From an uncultured Verrucomicrobiota bacterium (lineage in GTDB: Bacteria > Verrucomicrobiota > Verrucomicrobiia > Limisphaerales > UBA1100), in the NCBI GenBank assembly GCA_964616045.1, contig CAZTTU010000004.1, positions 1-57,236 on the forward strand: a stretch of DNA of 57,236 nucleotides, given 5' to 3'. The notes under the pieces are model-generated. The model did not search any database. It was given only the letters and a program-made list of their open reading frames with translations, and had not been told where the DNA came from. The translations under genes and the position numbers were made by a program. Positions within the stretch are counted from its first letter, which is position 1, and each line of letters begins with the position of its first letter. Positions 1 through 15,000 of the stretch are shown one piece after another.

Positions 1-1
1 C

Positions 2-3000
2 CTGGCGCTGAACGCGCAGGGACAGATTTATATTGGCGGCACCTTCACCACGGTGGACGGGCAGACCCATAACCGCATTGCCCGCCTCCAGAACGACCCG
101 GCCATTGACCGGGTGGAGGTCGATGACAACGGCACCTGGGTGCGCTGGAACCGGGATTGGACAACACCCGAGGCGCGGGAGGTGACCTTTGAAGAGGATG
201 TCAACGGCACCTGGACCCTCCTGGGATCAGGCAGCCGCATTGAGGGGGGCTGGGAGCTGACCGGGCTCTCACTGACGGGGAGCGGCAGGATCCGGGCCCG
301 CGCCCGGGTGCGAACCGGTAGTTATCACGGCTCCATGAGCCTGGTCGAAAACATTGCCGACTTCCCGACCATCCCCGCGCCACTCATTACCCGCCAGCCC
401 TCGGCCATCAATACCGTCACCGGGGACAACGTCACCTTCTCGGTGGACGCCAATGGCACGGCTCCCCTGACCTACCAGTGGCAGCGAAACAACATCGACA
501 TCGCCGGAGCCAACGGAAGCAGTTACACCGCCTATAACGTCGGGCTGGAGGACAACGCCACCATCTACCGGGTGATCGTCTCCAACCCGGGAGGAACCGC
601 AACCAGTTACGGCGCGTACATGGAGGTCGACCTGCCCACCAGCCTGGCCGGGTTCGTGCACGGCATGGTTGCCTTCTATCCCTTCAACGGGAATGCCAAT
701 GATGAAAGCGGCAACGGGCTGGATTTATCCATCTTCGGCGGCGCCACACTGACCAGTGACCGCAACGGCACCACCAACCGCGCCTATCACTTTGATGGCA
801 GCTCCGGCTATCTGAAACATATCGGCAGCGCTTCTCTCCCGGACATGAACAACACAACCGTCAGTGCCTGGGTCCACACCACCCAGGCCGGGCTGGGAAC
901 CGTTTTCCATGATGGCTGGAATGGTGGCCCCGGAAAAGACACCCTGTTGATGGTAACCGATTCCAAGGTGGGTGTCCGGGCAGACAAGAACGGGGCCGTG
1001 CTCGGTGACGGCGTACCGGCCAACCCGATTGATCCTGGCTTTGTGGACGTGGGCAATATCCGGGACAGCTGGAATCATGTCATCTGGAGAATGACCGGCG
1101 AAAAATCCGAAATCTACCTGAACGGCGAGCTGTCAGCCACCATCAATGAGGGAGGCAGTATGGTCGGCTCCCATGATCCCCTGATGATCGGGGCCTGGCT
1201 CAATATTTCAACCCCGACGCATCTTTTTGGCGGAAGCATTGACGAGGTGCGCATCTACGAACGCGCCCTGAGTCCGCTTGAGATTGCCCGATTGAGCCTT
1301 CTGGAAACACCACCACCAGCGCCTCCAACCATTATCACCCAGCCGCAAAGTGTCACCACCACCACCGGGGCCAACGTCACCTTCAGTGTCGATGCCAATG
1401 GAACGAAGCTCTCCTACCAGTGGCAGAAGAACGGGGTGAATATACCTGATGCCAACAGCTCCAGCTACAGCGTGTACAATGTGCAACCCGATGACAACGC
1501 GACCTTCCGGGTCAAGATCTACAATCGTGGCGGGGCAATAACCAGCAATGACGCAACCTTGGGTGTTCTCCTGCCTGACTCGCTCTCGGGATTCAACCAT
1601 GGCCTGGTTGCCTATTACCCCTTCACCGGCAACACGATTGATGCAAGTGGAAACGGAAATGACGCCGCGGTCGGCGGGGCCACCATCAGCGCGAGCCGTG
1701 ACGGAACCCTCAACAGCGCCTATGAATTCGACGGGTCAACCTCGAAGATAACCCGGACCAGCGCCATTCAGGGAGGCTTTAACAGCTTCGACGCCCTGAC
1801 CTACAGCGCCTGGATTTACGCCCAGCCCCGGAGCGGCAACAACCTGGTGACCATCCTGGATATCGGGCCGGAAACGGACAACCAACGAGCCGCCATGATG
1901 TTGAGCAAGGACAACAAGCTTCATTATGTGGGCCAAAACAACAACCTGGCTTTTGACCACGTGATCACCGAGCGATTGTGGATCCATGTGGTAATGGTCA
2001 AGTCAGGCAAGCAGGTCACCCTGTTTATCGATGGGGTATCCAAACAAACCGGGACACTTGGCGATGGCAACATCTTCACCGGCGGGCCCCTGACAATCGG
2101 CTGGAACGGTTCAAGCGGCGACCTGTTCAAGGGCACAATTGATGAGGTTCGGGTATACAATCGCGACTTGAAAGTTGATGAAGTCACCCGGTTACACCTG
2201 CTTGAGGCGCCCCCGATCATTATCACGCCGCCGTCGAGCCAGAACGTTACCGTCGGCCAAAACGTGACCCTGTCTTCACTGGGAGGCGGTCCCGGCCTGA
2301 AATATCAGTGGCTCTACAACGGCGTGGCCATCCCGGGAGCCACCAACTCCACGTTCACAATCAATAATGCACACAATGACCAGCCGTTTATCGGCAGCGC
2401 TGCCGGTCACTCCGAATTCATGAAGGGCAAGCTCGACGGCATGCGGGTCTACAACCGCACCTTGACTGGAGGGGAAGTTTTCCAGCTTTCGAGGGTCAAT
2501 TCCATCCTTGCCAAGGGCTACACCCCGGGCCAAAAGATCTTGGAATTTGCGGCGGGTGGTAAAGTGGGTTCATCACCGGCAATTGGTGCCGATGGCTGTA
2601 TTTACTTTGGGTCACAGGATAACAAGGTTTACGCTTATTACCCCAACGGATACAAGAAATGGGAGTTTGTAACGGGGGATAGCATTTATGAAAGCTCCCC
2701 GTCAATTGGCTCGGACGGAACCATCTACATCGGGTCCACGGACGACAAGCTTTATGCCATAAACCCCAATGGCTCCAAGAAATGGGAGTTCCCCACCGGA
2801 GGGGATGTAAGATCCACCCCGGCCATTGGAGCTGATGGCACCCTCTACATCGGGTCTGGCGACAAGAAGGTTTATGCCGTTAACCCGGATGGAACCAAGA
2901 AATGGGAGTTTGTGACCGGAGACTCTATTCAAGCGCCGGCATCAATCGGAGCCGATGGCACCATCTATATCGGATCGGCGGACAAAAAGATCTATGCCAT

Positions 3001-6000
3001 CAATCCCGACGGCTCCAAGAAATGGGAGTTCCTCACCGGAGGGGACATCGATCATTCCCCGGCAATAGGCAGTGATGGAACAATCTATGTTGGATCCGAT
3101 GACTACAAGATCTATGCCCTAAATCCCGATGGCACCAAGAAGTGGGACTTCCTGACGGAAAATGAAGTGGCCGCTTCCCCGGCGATCGGCCCTGATGGCA
3201 CAATCTATCTCACCTCTTGTTGGTTCTACGAAGACCGGAACATGGCAGACAAGGTCTATGCCTTACATGAAAATAACGGAACCAAGAAATGGGAATTCAC
3301 CGTGGGTGAGAAATTCGCTGAATCCTCTCCCGCTGTCGGGGCTGACGGCACCGTTTACGTTGGAGCAAGGAACAACAAGGTCTACGCCTTAAATGGCCAA
3401 ACCGGAGCCAAGATTTGGGAATTTGCCGCCGGAGATATAGTGGATTCTTCACCCGCAATCGGGGCCGATGGCACCATTTACATTGGATCTGATGACAATA
3501 AAGTCTACGCCCTCGCCAGTAGCAGCATGGGCTTGGCCAATAGCTCGTGGCCGAAATTCGGACGTAACAACCAGAATATCCACCGCCTTGACGGAGGTGG
3601 CAGTAGCTCAATCAACAACGGGCTCGTGGCCTATTATCCCTTTACCGGTCATGCCAATGATGAAAGTGGCTTTGAAAATAACGGCACGGTCAGTGGAGCC
3701 ACCCTCACCACCGATGCGAACGGTACTGCAGACAGCGCATATCAATTTGACGGGCTGGATGACAACATCAACATCACCAGCATTGGTTTCCCACTGGGTA
3801 ACGATGCCAGGACTGTTGCCGGTTGGTTCAAGATGGACGGTGCCGGTAGCGACCGGAACTCAACTCTCCTCTTTTACGGCCAGAAAGCCGCCGGCAAGGG
3901 ACTAGGCATCAGGCTCAACCGGATCGGGAGGCTTGAAGCCAGCGACTACGGGACGGTCTCCGTTGAGGCACCCACGGTGGTCAACGATACCAAGTGGCAC
4001 CATTTCGCCTTTATCGGCGATGGCAACAACACCGCCTACCTGTATGTGGATGGCGCTCTTTCTGCAACCAAGTCCGGCTGGAACAGCAACACCACACCCC
4101 CGGTTTCCGGCAACTACCAGATCGTGGTCACCAACCCCACCGGCAGCATCACGAGCGCTCCGGCGGCCCTGACCACTCCACCCACCATTGTCATGCATCC
4201 GCAGGACATGAACGCCTCAACCGGGGCAACCGTCATCCTCTCCTCCATGGCTAGGAGCACGGCGGCTCTGAGTTATCAGTGGCAGAAAAACGCCGTGGAC
4301 ATCAGCGGAGCCACTGCTGCCAATTACACGATCAACAATGCCAAGCTGGGTGATACGGACACCTACCGGGTTGTCATCAGCAACAGTGCAGGAAGCGTGA
4401 TCAGCAGCAGTGGACAGCTTAACATTTCCCTGCCGAAAAACCTGGATGAATTCTCCCATGGACTTCTCGCCTACTATCCGTTCACCGGAAACACCAATGA
4501 CGAAAGCGGCAATGAAAACAACGGCACCCTCAACGGGGCCTCCCCCGCCGCCGACAGCTATGGAACTCCTGGGCGGGCGTATTCCTTTGATGGAGATGAC
4601 CACATCCAGCTGCCCAACATTCTCCCTCAATTCTGGAACGGCACCCTGTCGGCCTGGATCCAAACGACCAACACGGTAACCGGGGCCAACGGCAAGGCCA
4701 TCATTACCAAACCCAAGAATGCCACGGCGCACGGGTTTGCGATGAAACACAACAATGAAGGCCAACCCATTGCGGACCTGGCTGGCGTGGCAATATCCCG
4801 TCAGGATGGTGTGGTAAATAATGGAAAATGGAACCACGTGGTGGCCGTGGCAGACGGCAATGCCACCAAGGTATACCTCAACGGCGTTCTGGTTGGAAAT
4901 GCAATTGATTTGGCCAATACAACCCATACGTCAAGCAATGAACTGATGTTTATCGGCAAAACCAAAGCCGACGACTCAAATGGATTTGTGGGCACCATTG
5001 ATGAAGTCCGTATATACGACCGGGTTCTCAGTCCTGAAGAAATCACCCAGCTGCATCTACTGGAGTCGCCGGACTCGGACGGGGATGGATTAACCGACGC
5101 CTACGAAAAGGGAGTGAGTCGGTACCAGATTATTCTAGCCAACTACACCTGGACCGAAGCCCGGGACAATGCCATCTCCCGGGGCGGACACTTGGGGACA
5201 ATTACCAGTGCAGCTGAGTGGACTGCCATTCAGGATGTGTTGGGTACTTCATTGCCGGGGGTTCGAATGTGGCTGGGTGGCTCTGATGCTACTGCTGAAG
5301 GCACCTGGACCTGGGTGACCGGCGAACCCTTCACCTATACACGATGGAATACCAACGAACCTGGTGCTCAAACCGCAGATGATGATTACGTAATCATTGG
5401 CTCTGGAGCCGAGGACCCCAACACAAAGAGCTGGGCAGACGTGCGCAATGCGGACAAGCAGGCTGCGTACCTACTGGAGGTTGGTTACTACACTGATCCG
5501 TACAATGCCGACAGCGATGGAGACGGAGTTAGTGACGGGGATGAGGTCACCAATGGAACCAATCCAAACCTGGTGGACAATGCCCCGGTGATCAGCATTC
5601 ACCCGACGGACATCAACGCCACGACCGGGGCAACGCTCACCTTTGGAGTCATTGCAAAGGGAGCCTTTAGTTACCAATGGCAAAGGAACGGGGTGGACAT
5701 CGCTGATGCCAACGCTTCAACATATGTGATTACCAATGCCCAAGGAGAAGACAATGCTACTTACCGTGCAGTTGCCATTAACGCCGCAGGCGCAGCCACA
5801 AGCAATGGAGCAATCCTGACCGTTTCCCTCCCCGGTGATCTGGGGGGCTTCAATCACGGATTGGCCGCTTACTATCCCTTCAACGGCAACGCAAATGACC
5901 TCAGCGGCAATAATCATCACGGATCAGTGACAAGTGCCAGCCTGACGACCGACCGGAACGGCACCGCTTCAAGGGCCTATTCTTTCAACGGCGCAGACAG

Positions 6001-9000
6001 CATGATTCAGGTTGCCGAGGCTGCCTCCTTCGAGGCAAACAGCCATTCAATCCTCCTGTGGATGAAGCCGAGGAACCAAACCGCACCCGAACACATCATT
6101 TCAAAGGATGAAGGTCAGGGTGCCAACAGACAATGGTTGCTGGAAAGCCGACTCGACAGGACTATTCTTGGCATCGTCTGGACCGATGAAGGGGAGAAAC
6201 AAAGTGTCTCCTCGGCAAAATTGAACCCCAACACCTGGAACCATGTTGCGCAGGTGTGGAACGGGAACACGCTTGATATTTATATCAACGGGGTAAAAGC
6301 CAGCAGTGTTGCCGCTTCAGGCAACCTGGCGACCGGCGCAGAGCCCGTCCGGATGGGCACCGTGTCCATCAACAATCGCCCCTATGGAGGAATGCTGGAC
6401 GATGTGCGAATATATAACCGTGCCCTGAGCGCGAGTGAAATTTTAAAGCTGCACGACCTGGAGAAACTTGGCGCCACGGTGGACTATTCAATCGCCTTCA
6501 CGGAACACCCAGCTGATTGCAACGCAACCACTGGCAGCGATATCACCCTCACTGCGAATGCCACCGCCTTGAGTCCTGTTAGTTATCAATGGCAGAAGGA
6601 CGGAGTAGATCTAAACGGCTCCAGCTCCGCCAGCCTTGTCATCACAAATGTCAAGGCAGACGACTCCGGAACATACCGTGTCATCGCCAGCAACCAGTCC
6701 GGATCAAAGGCCAGCAACCCGGCTGCCGTTACCATTGGCGATGCACCAACCATTACCGTCCACCCAGCTGATACGATTGGTGCCATTGACAGCAATGCCT
6801 CCTTCACCTTTGAGGCGAATGGAACCGGACCACTCGCCTATCAATGGCAAAAAGAAGGAGTAGATCTGAACGGTTCCAATGCTTCCAACCTTTTGATCTC
6901 AAACCTGTCAACGGAAGATAACGGAACCTATCGGGTTGTCGTAACCAATCCATTTGGGATGGCTACCAGTAATGGAGCCGGTCTCACCATCGGAGCTTCC
7001 CCCGTTTTCACCAAGCAACCAGTGGATACAAATGCAACTACCGGAGGCAACATTACGCTGTCTTCAACAGCAATTGGCACCGGGGCCATTTCCTATCAAT
7101 GGCAAAAGAACGGTGTGGACCTGAATGGTTCAAATTCACCCAGCCTGTCATTCACAAATATTTCCGCCAGTGATTCGGGGGTGTATCAAGTGGTTGCCAA
7201 CAACCTGTTCGGATCAAAAACCAGCAACCCGATCACCTTGGGGGCTTTTGACCCCCCAACCATCAACACCCAACCGATACACAAGAATGTTACCCTCGGG
7301 GGAAATATTACCCTCGGGGTGGATGCAAATGGATCAGGTCTGACCTACCAGTGGCAACGCAACGGAGTGGATATTAACGGTGCCACCAACTCTACTTATA
7401 CGATCACCAATGCCCACATAGACAGCCCGAGCATTGGCAGTATTGCCGGTGCGGCCAGTTTTTGGAAAGGATCACTGGACAGTTTAACGGTTTACGACCG
7501 CGAGCTGAATGCAACCGAAATCCTCCAATTGGCCGGCAGATCTCATCTCAATGTAATTACCGTGGGAGGCAAGCCCGGCCAAACTGGAAATGTAAATGGC
7601 ACACCAGGAAACTCGCTCTTTTCCGATCCGTACAGCATTGCAATCGACAACCAAGGCAACGGATACGTAAGCGAATATTTGAATCATTGCATCAGGAAAA
7701 TCTCCCCGCCCGATCATAATGCCACCACCTTTTCCACAGGACTGACTAATCCAACAGGCATTTGTATCGCTCCTGATGGCAATCTTTATGTCACCAAATT
7801 CTACGAGGGCAATGTGACACGCATTACTCCGGCAGGAGCCAAGACCGTTGTCCAATCAGGATTCAATCGACCTTGTGCCGTAGCCGTTGATGGAACCGGC
7901 ACAATGTGGGTGGCCAACACATATTCTTCCCAGATAATACGGATCGGCCAGGATCAAGTACGCCATACGTGGTGGAATATACAGGCCAACCATATTGCGC
8001 TCGGGCCCAATGGAGATCTGTATGTCGCCAATCAGGCGGACCAAACTATCCGTAGAATTGGAGCAAATGATCCGGTTAGTCCAATCGGGCAGGTAGTAGT
8101 TGTGGCTGGCAATCCCTTGCAAAAAGGCTACCGGGATGGTCTGGCAAACCAGTCTCTCTTGGAGGATATAAGCGGCATTGCCGTAAGTCCAACAGGAAAC
8201 GTGTATGTGGCTGACAATGGGATGATTCGACTCATCTCCTCCGAAGGAATTGTTTCAACGATCGCCGGAAAATCCGGAGAATTCGGGTTTATTGATGGCC
8301 AGGTCAAGAAATCCCGGTTCCAGAACATTGGCGGTCTGGCCTTGGATCAAAACGGGAACTTGTGGCTGGCACAGCGAGATAAGTCTGTTCGCCTGATAAC
8401 GAACGTGGAGCCGACCAAGGGTGTCGTGGCTTATTATCCCTTCAATGGCAATGCTAATGATGAAAGCGGAAATAACCTCAACGGAATCGTGCAGGGTGCC
8501 ACTCTCGTTGAGGACCGCTTTGGTAATCCCAACAGAGCCTATCTATTCGATGGCAGCAACGACCATATCGAGGTTAATGCAACAGTGGTGGGAACGAATG
8601 ACTTTGCCATTTCATTTTGGACTAAGGTTGACATCTCTGAGACCAAGGGTGCACTGATAAGTCAAGGTGGATATGCGCATCAAAAAGGATTTCTGGTTGA
8701 TTTTTGGGATGGCCTTGGTGCAGGAGACCGATATCGACTGGAAACTTCAGATGGCGGCAGCACACCACTGGTAAATTTTGCAGATATTAATGGCGGCAAT
8801 AACGGGCGAGCCGAACGCGGTAAATGGCAGCATGTTGCCGTTTCGGTTTATCGCTCCAAGACAGGAAACAGAAGTGGGCTGTACGTAGACGGCCAACTGG
8901 TAGCCTCCGGGAATATTCCTGACATTAACCTTTCCCGCTCCCCATTGAGAATCGGGGCCAATGTGGTTGGTGAGAATGCTCATTTTAACGGAGCAATTGA

Positions 9001-12000
9001 CGATGTCCGCATTTACAACCGGGCATTAACAAACAGCGAAATCACCGCCCTGGCAGAGGTAAGCCTGGCCAGAGGATTGGTGGCACATTATCCGTTTAAT
9101 GGAAACGCAAATGACGAGAGTGCCCAAGACCACAACGGAACTCCAATCGGAGCGACACTTGTCCCCGATCGGAGCGGGGTACTTGACCGAACTTATTCAT
9201 ATGATGGAACAGACGACGCCATCAACATCACCGCCGATGCCTTCCCTTATGGAAACAGTAGCTTGTCCGTTACAGGCTGGATTAAAACCGATGGGAATGC
9301 CTCCGATGGGAACACGACCATTCTTTTCTACGGTGGAAAAACACATAATGAGGGATTTGTGTTGGGGCTCAACAAGCTCGGCCGACTGGAGGCAAGCGCC
9401 ATGGGAGCCAATACCTTTGATGCCAATGCCTCAATAGACGATGGAACATGGCATCACGTAGCCTTCACCAGCGACGGAAATAATACCGCTTTGCTGTATA
9501 TTGATGGTGAGCAAGCCGGCACCACAAATGGATGGAACATCAACACCTCCGCTCGTGCTTGGGGAACCTATCAAGTGACCATTTCCAACCCTTCAGGTGC
9601 CAGTGTCGTCAGTGATGGAGCAATTGTGTCCACGGCCCCAACGATTACCCGTCATCCCCAGGGTTGCAACGCGACAACAGGCCAATCAGCTCTCTTTGAG
9701 GTAAGTGCTGTTGGCTCACCTCCATTGCTATTCCAGTGGCAAAAAAATGGAGTCAGTATTGAAGGCGCAAATGGACCGACCTACACGCTGTCAAATATAC
9801 AGGCTGAAGACAATGGAACTTACAATGTGGTTGTGAGCAATAATAGCGGCGGAGCCGCCAGCATTGGTGCAGATTTGATTGTTTCTTTACCATCAACCCT
9901 TGCGGAATTCAATATAGGCTTGGTTGCTTACTATCCCTTTAACGGCAATGCCAATGATGAGAGCAGCTACGACAACAACGGCTCTATCGATGGCGCCACG
10001 TTGACACACGATCGGAACGGCACCCCTGGATCCGCTTACAGCTTTGACGGGATCAATGACAAGATCAACGTGAACTTTGTTAACGCCCCGCTGGGCAATT
10101 CACCTCGGACTCTTTCATTGTGGCTCAAAGCGAATCCCTTGGAGGCTTCCGACAAACATGCCGTCAACTGGGGCACAATGGCGCCCTCCGAAGCCTTTGG
10201 CATAACCAAACTTAACTCTAACCATAATTTGAGCTTTTATGGCCATGGAGCAAACCTAGATAGCAACGCCTCACTCGACACAAAATGGCATCACGTGGTC
10301 GTGACCTATGATTCAACTTTTATCAAGGTGTACATTGACGGAACCTTAAGGCGGAGTGGGGCCGTCGATCTCAATACGACTGACACCACGTTATTGATGG
10401 GTGCAGCGCTGAATAGCAGCAATTACTGGAAAGGCAAACTAGACGAAATTCGAATCTACGATCGTTCCCTTAGTGCCACTGAGTTGTCACAGCTAAACCT
10501 TCTGGAAACCCCGCCCCCACCAGTCATTACCGTACATCCTGTAGATGTAAATGCCACCACGGGGACTAATATTACAATGAGTGTTACAGCAACTGGAGGT
10601 GCTACCTATCAATGGCAAAGAAATGGTGCAGACATCCTCGGGGCCAACTCAAGCAGTCTCCTGATCCCAAATGTTCAGGGCGATGATAATGCCACTTTCC
10701 GCGTAATCGTGAGCAACTCAAGCGGAAATGTGATGAGCAATGAATCAACCCTTGCTGTGTCCTTGCCTGCAAACCTCTCAGAATTTAACAACGGTCTACT
10801 GGCCTACTATCCTTTCAACAGGAATGCAGATGATGCCACCGGAAATGGCCATCACGGACTTGTCCAAGGCCCCGTACTTGAAACGGACCGTAATGGAACC
10901 CTGCAAGATGCATATAGATTTGACGGTGTTGATGACAATATCGAAGTCTTAGACCACGCAGACTTTGATTTTGGAAGCGGCGACCTCTCACTTTCGTTTT
11001 GGCTAAAATTTAATGGAGCGCAACAGCAAAGCCAAATTCTCGGCCAATCAAATGGCTTGGGAGAAAATAATAAGTGGTATGTTGATTATCTTCAAATATA
11101 TGGCGGCTATAAAATGGCTCTCCACTTCAATACAGACGCCAACGCATCAATCTGGCTGGCTCCTTTGGCTGCAAATTATGATACGGCTTGGCATTTGGTG
11201 AACTTTGTGAAGAGGGGAACAAACTATCTTGCTTATCTAGACGGAAAGGAACTGTCCTTCAGTATCGGACCTGCCGCTATCCCTAACACCAATGCAAAAC
11301 TTAAGCTGGGCACCGGAGAAGGCTCCCATTTCCTCAATGGCGACCTGGATGAAGTCCGCATTTATGGTCGCGCCCTAAGCACAGCTGAAATCGACTTGTT
11401 GTACCAACTTGAAAAACCGGGGCCACCAAGCATTCGCACACAACCAACAGATGCCAATGCCACGACAGGCGAAAACATAACCTTTAGCGCGGAAGCTCTT
11501 GGCCTCAACCCCATCACCTACCAATGGCAAAAAAATGGGATCAATATAACAGGCGCCAACGACTCCAGTTATACAATCGAAAATGTACAGGCTGATGATG
11601 ATGGTTCCTATCGACTGATCGTAACCAATCCCGCAGGCAGTGCCAACAGCAGCCCTGCAACACTCAAGGTAACCCTGCCTGACAAGCTATCTGGTTTTGG
11701 AAATGGCTTGCTCGCATATTATCCGTTTAACGGGAACGCGAATGATGCTAGTGGCAATGGCCACCATGGCTCCGTTTCCGGGGCTACACTGGCTGCCGAT
11801 CAGAACGGAACAATCGCACAAGCCTATCAATTTGATGGCAGCGACCACATCCAGCTACCAAGCATATTGACAAATTTTGAGAGGGTTACTTTCTCGGCCT
11901 GGATCAAAACAAACACAAAACACGCGCCGAATCCAGGGGCCGTCATTGCCAAACCAAAAACATCCGGAACCAATTCTCCAGGTGTAAGTCTTCGTATTCA

Positions 12001-15000
12001 TGGAAGCCCGTCAAACTTGGCACAAATGGCCCTGGATAATGGAAATGCCTATATATCCGGGCAAACAGGAGCCAGCCTCACCGACAATCAATGGCACCAT
12101 ATTGCAGGCACCGCTGATGGCAACATGACGCGGATTTATGTGGATGGGGTCTTGGCAGACGAAGATGCTTACAATGTCGTCGGGGCAACAAGTACACAGA
12201 CCATGTCCATTGGACGTGATAACGGTGCCGGTGGCGTGGGGTACCATTATTTCACCGGGGTTATTGATAATGTCCGCATTTATGATAGGGCCTTAAGTTC
12301 CGAAGAGTTAGGCAAACTAAAGAGTCTCGAAACGCCTCCGCTACCGATTATCAGCCAACAACCTCAAGATCAACATTTGGCCATAGGTGGAAACACCACA
12401 CTACATGTCACCGCCTACGGAGCTACTCATTACCAATGGCAGAAAAATGGAGCTGACATCATTGACGCAAACTCATCAACGCTTTCGGTAAATAATGCCA
12501 CGTCTGACGATAATGGTAGTTATAGCGTTATCGTTGGCAATGGTGCCGGAAGTATATTGAGCGAGCCAGCAACAGTAACAACCGGCTATGCTCCAAGCAT
12601 CATACTACACCCCTCAGACACTAACGCCTCCTACGGAGATAGAGTAGACTTTGTTGCAGATGCGAATGGCTCGCCGCCATTGACTTATCAATGGCAGAAA
12701 AATAACTTCAACATTGGAGGCCCGGCTGCCACCAAATCCACCTATACCATCAATAGTCTCCAGATAGGGGATAATGGAACCTATCGGGTCATCGCCACCA
12801 ATCCATTTGGTACAAGCACCAGTAATATTGCTGTTCTAAACACCGGATCGAAACCAACCTTCTCTTTGCAGCCGATTGATGTGAATGCCACGTATGGCAG
12901 CAACATCACGTTAAACACAACAGCTGATGGCCCTGGGCCAATAGCATATCAATGGCAGAAAAATGGAGCTGACATTAATGGTAGCAACACTCAAAGCCAT
13001 ACCATCACTGGAGCCGCCGTCAATGACGCAGGTATATATCGCGCAACAGCCACCAATCTCTATGGAGTTGCAACAAGCCGCTCCAGCACAATTAATATCG
13101 GCTATGCTCCAAGTATTATATCACACCCAACTGATAGCAACGCCACCGCTGGATCGAACTTGACCCTATCAGTCGACGTGAATGGGACCGGCCCATACAG
13201 TTATCAATGGCAAAAAGGTGATGTTAATATTCCTGACGGCACCAACCGGACCTATAGTTTAGCAAACATTCAAGCTGCCGATGCGGGAGAATACCGAGTT
13301 ATTGTAAATAGCCCATTTGGGGTGAAGACGAGCAATCGTGCTTTGCTCAATGTAGGTAATGCCCCGACAATCACATACCACCCTGAGGATGTTTATGCAG
13401 TTAGAGGGGAAGATGTAACCCTCTATTCCTCTTCGTCCGGCACCGGGCCACTTATTTATCAATGGGAAAAGAATGGAACTCTCATTCCCGGAGCAACCAA
13501 GTCATTCTATAAAATCATCAACACACAACAAATTGATGCTGATTCTTATGATGTCACCATTTCGAATTCATTTGGATCAGCCAAAAGTAATGCCGCTGTA
13601 GTCAATGTGGGAGACAAACCAGCCATTTTGACAAATCCTCTGGATGTATATACCACCCCGGGGAAATCGATCTCATTATCGACACTCGGATCGGGCTCCG
13701 AACCCTTGTCATATCAATGGCAGAAAGGCGGCAAGCCCATACCGGGAGCTAATAGCCCCACATACACAATAAATAATGCCTTGTCAGGTCACGCGGATAC
13801 CTATCGCGTGGTTCTAAGTAATAATTACGGAACGACTTTCAGTACAGCTGCCTTAGTCAATGTTGGTCACGCACCTCACTTCATCGCCCATCCATTTGAT
13901 ATCAACGCGACTGTGGGCACTACCATCACCTTCTCCTCCGACTTAAATGGCACCAACCCTATAAGTTACCAATGGCAGAGGAATGGGCAGAATATTGTTG
14001 AAGCGACGAATGGAAACCTCTCCATACCCAATCTTCCTTTGGATTATAACGGCACAATCACAACCATTACCGGCCAGGATGTCGGAGGATATAATGGAGA
14101 CAACATTCCAGCTTCCGACTCATACTTAAATGACCCGCATGCTCTCTTCAGTGATACCAACGGAAATATTTTTGTCGCAGATTCAAAAAACAATCGGATC
14201 CGAAGAATATCGCACGACGGGACTATTACCACATCTGCCGGCAGAACAGGGCATGGGTATTCGGGCGATGGCGGACCAGCGACTAGTGCCCGATTAAATA
14301 AACCACGCGGTTTTGCCATCGACCGCTCAGGCAATATATTTATCGCCGACACAGAAAATCATTTGATCCGAAAAGTGGATGCAAATGGATCCATAACCAC
14401 CGTAGCCGGCTCCGGAATTCCCGGCTTCTCTGGAGATGGTGGTTCGGCATTATTGGCAAACCTTAAATTCCCGAATGCTATTGATATAGATGATCTAGGA
14501 CATATGTACATCGCAGATTCCGATAATCACAGAATTAGGAAAGTGGACATCAACGGCACCATTACAACCATTGCAGGATCAGGAATTGTCGGATTTTCCG
14601 GAGATGGAGGGCTGGCTAAATACTCACAACTTGATAGCCCGAAGGATATCAAGATAGATACAGCTGGCAGAATTTTCATTGCTGATAGTGGCAACCATAG
14701 AGTTCGAATTATCGATTTGAATGGATCTATTGCAACCATTGCAGGCAGTGGAGCTGTTGGCACCGGTAATGGCAATATGTCCGGAGATGGGGGATTGGCC
14801 ACAATCGCAAGACTTGACACCCCACTCGGATTAACTGTGGACGGCCAAGGAAATCTATACGTTGCCGACTCTAACAACCACCGTATCCGCCGAGTTGATA
14901 TTAATGGGACAATAACAACAATCGCCGGCAGCAGCACGGCAGGGGATGGCAATGGCGACTTTGCGGGAGATGGCGGACTCTCTGGTAACGCACGATTGAA

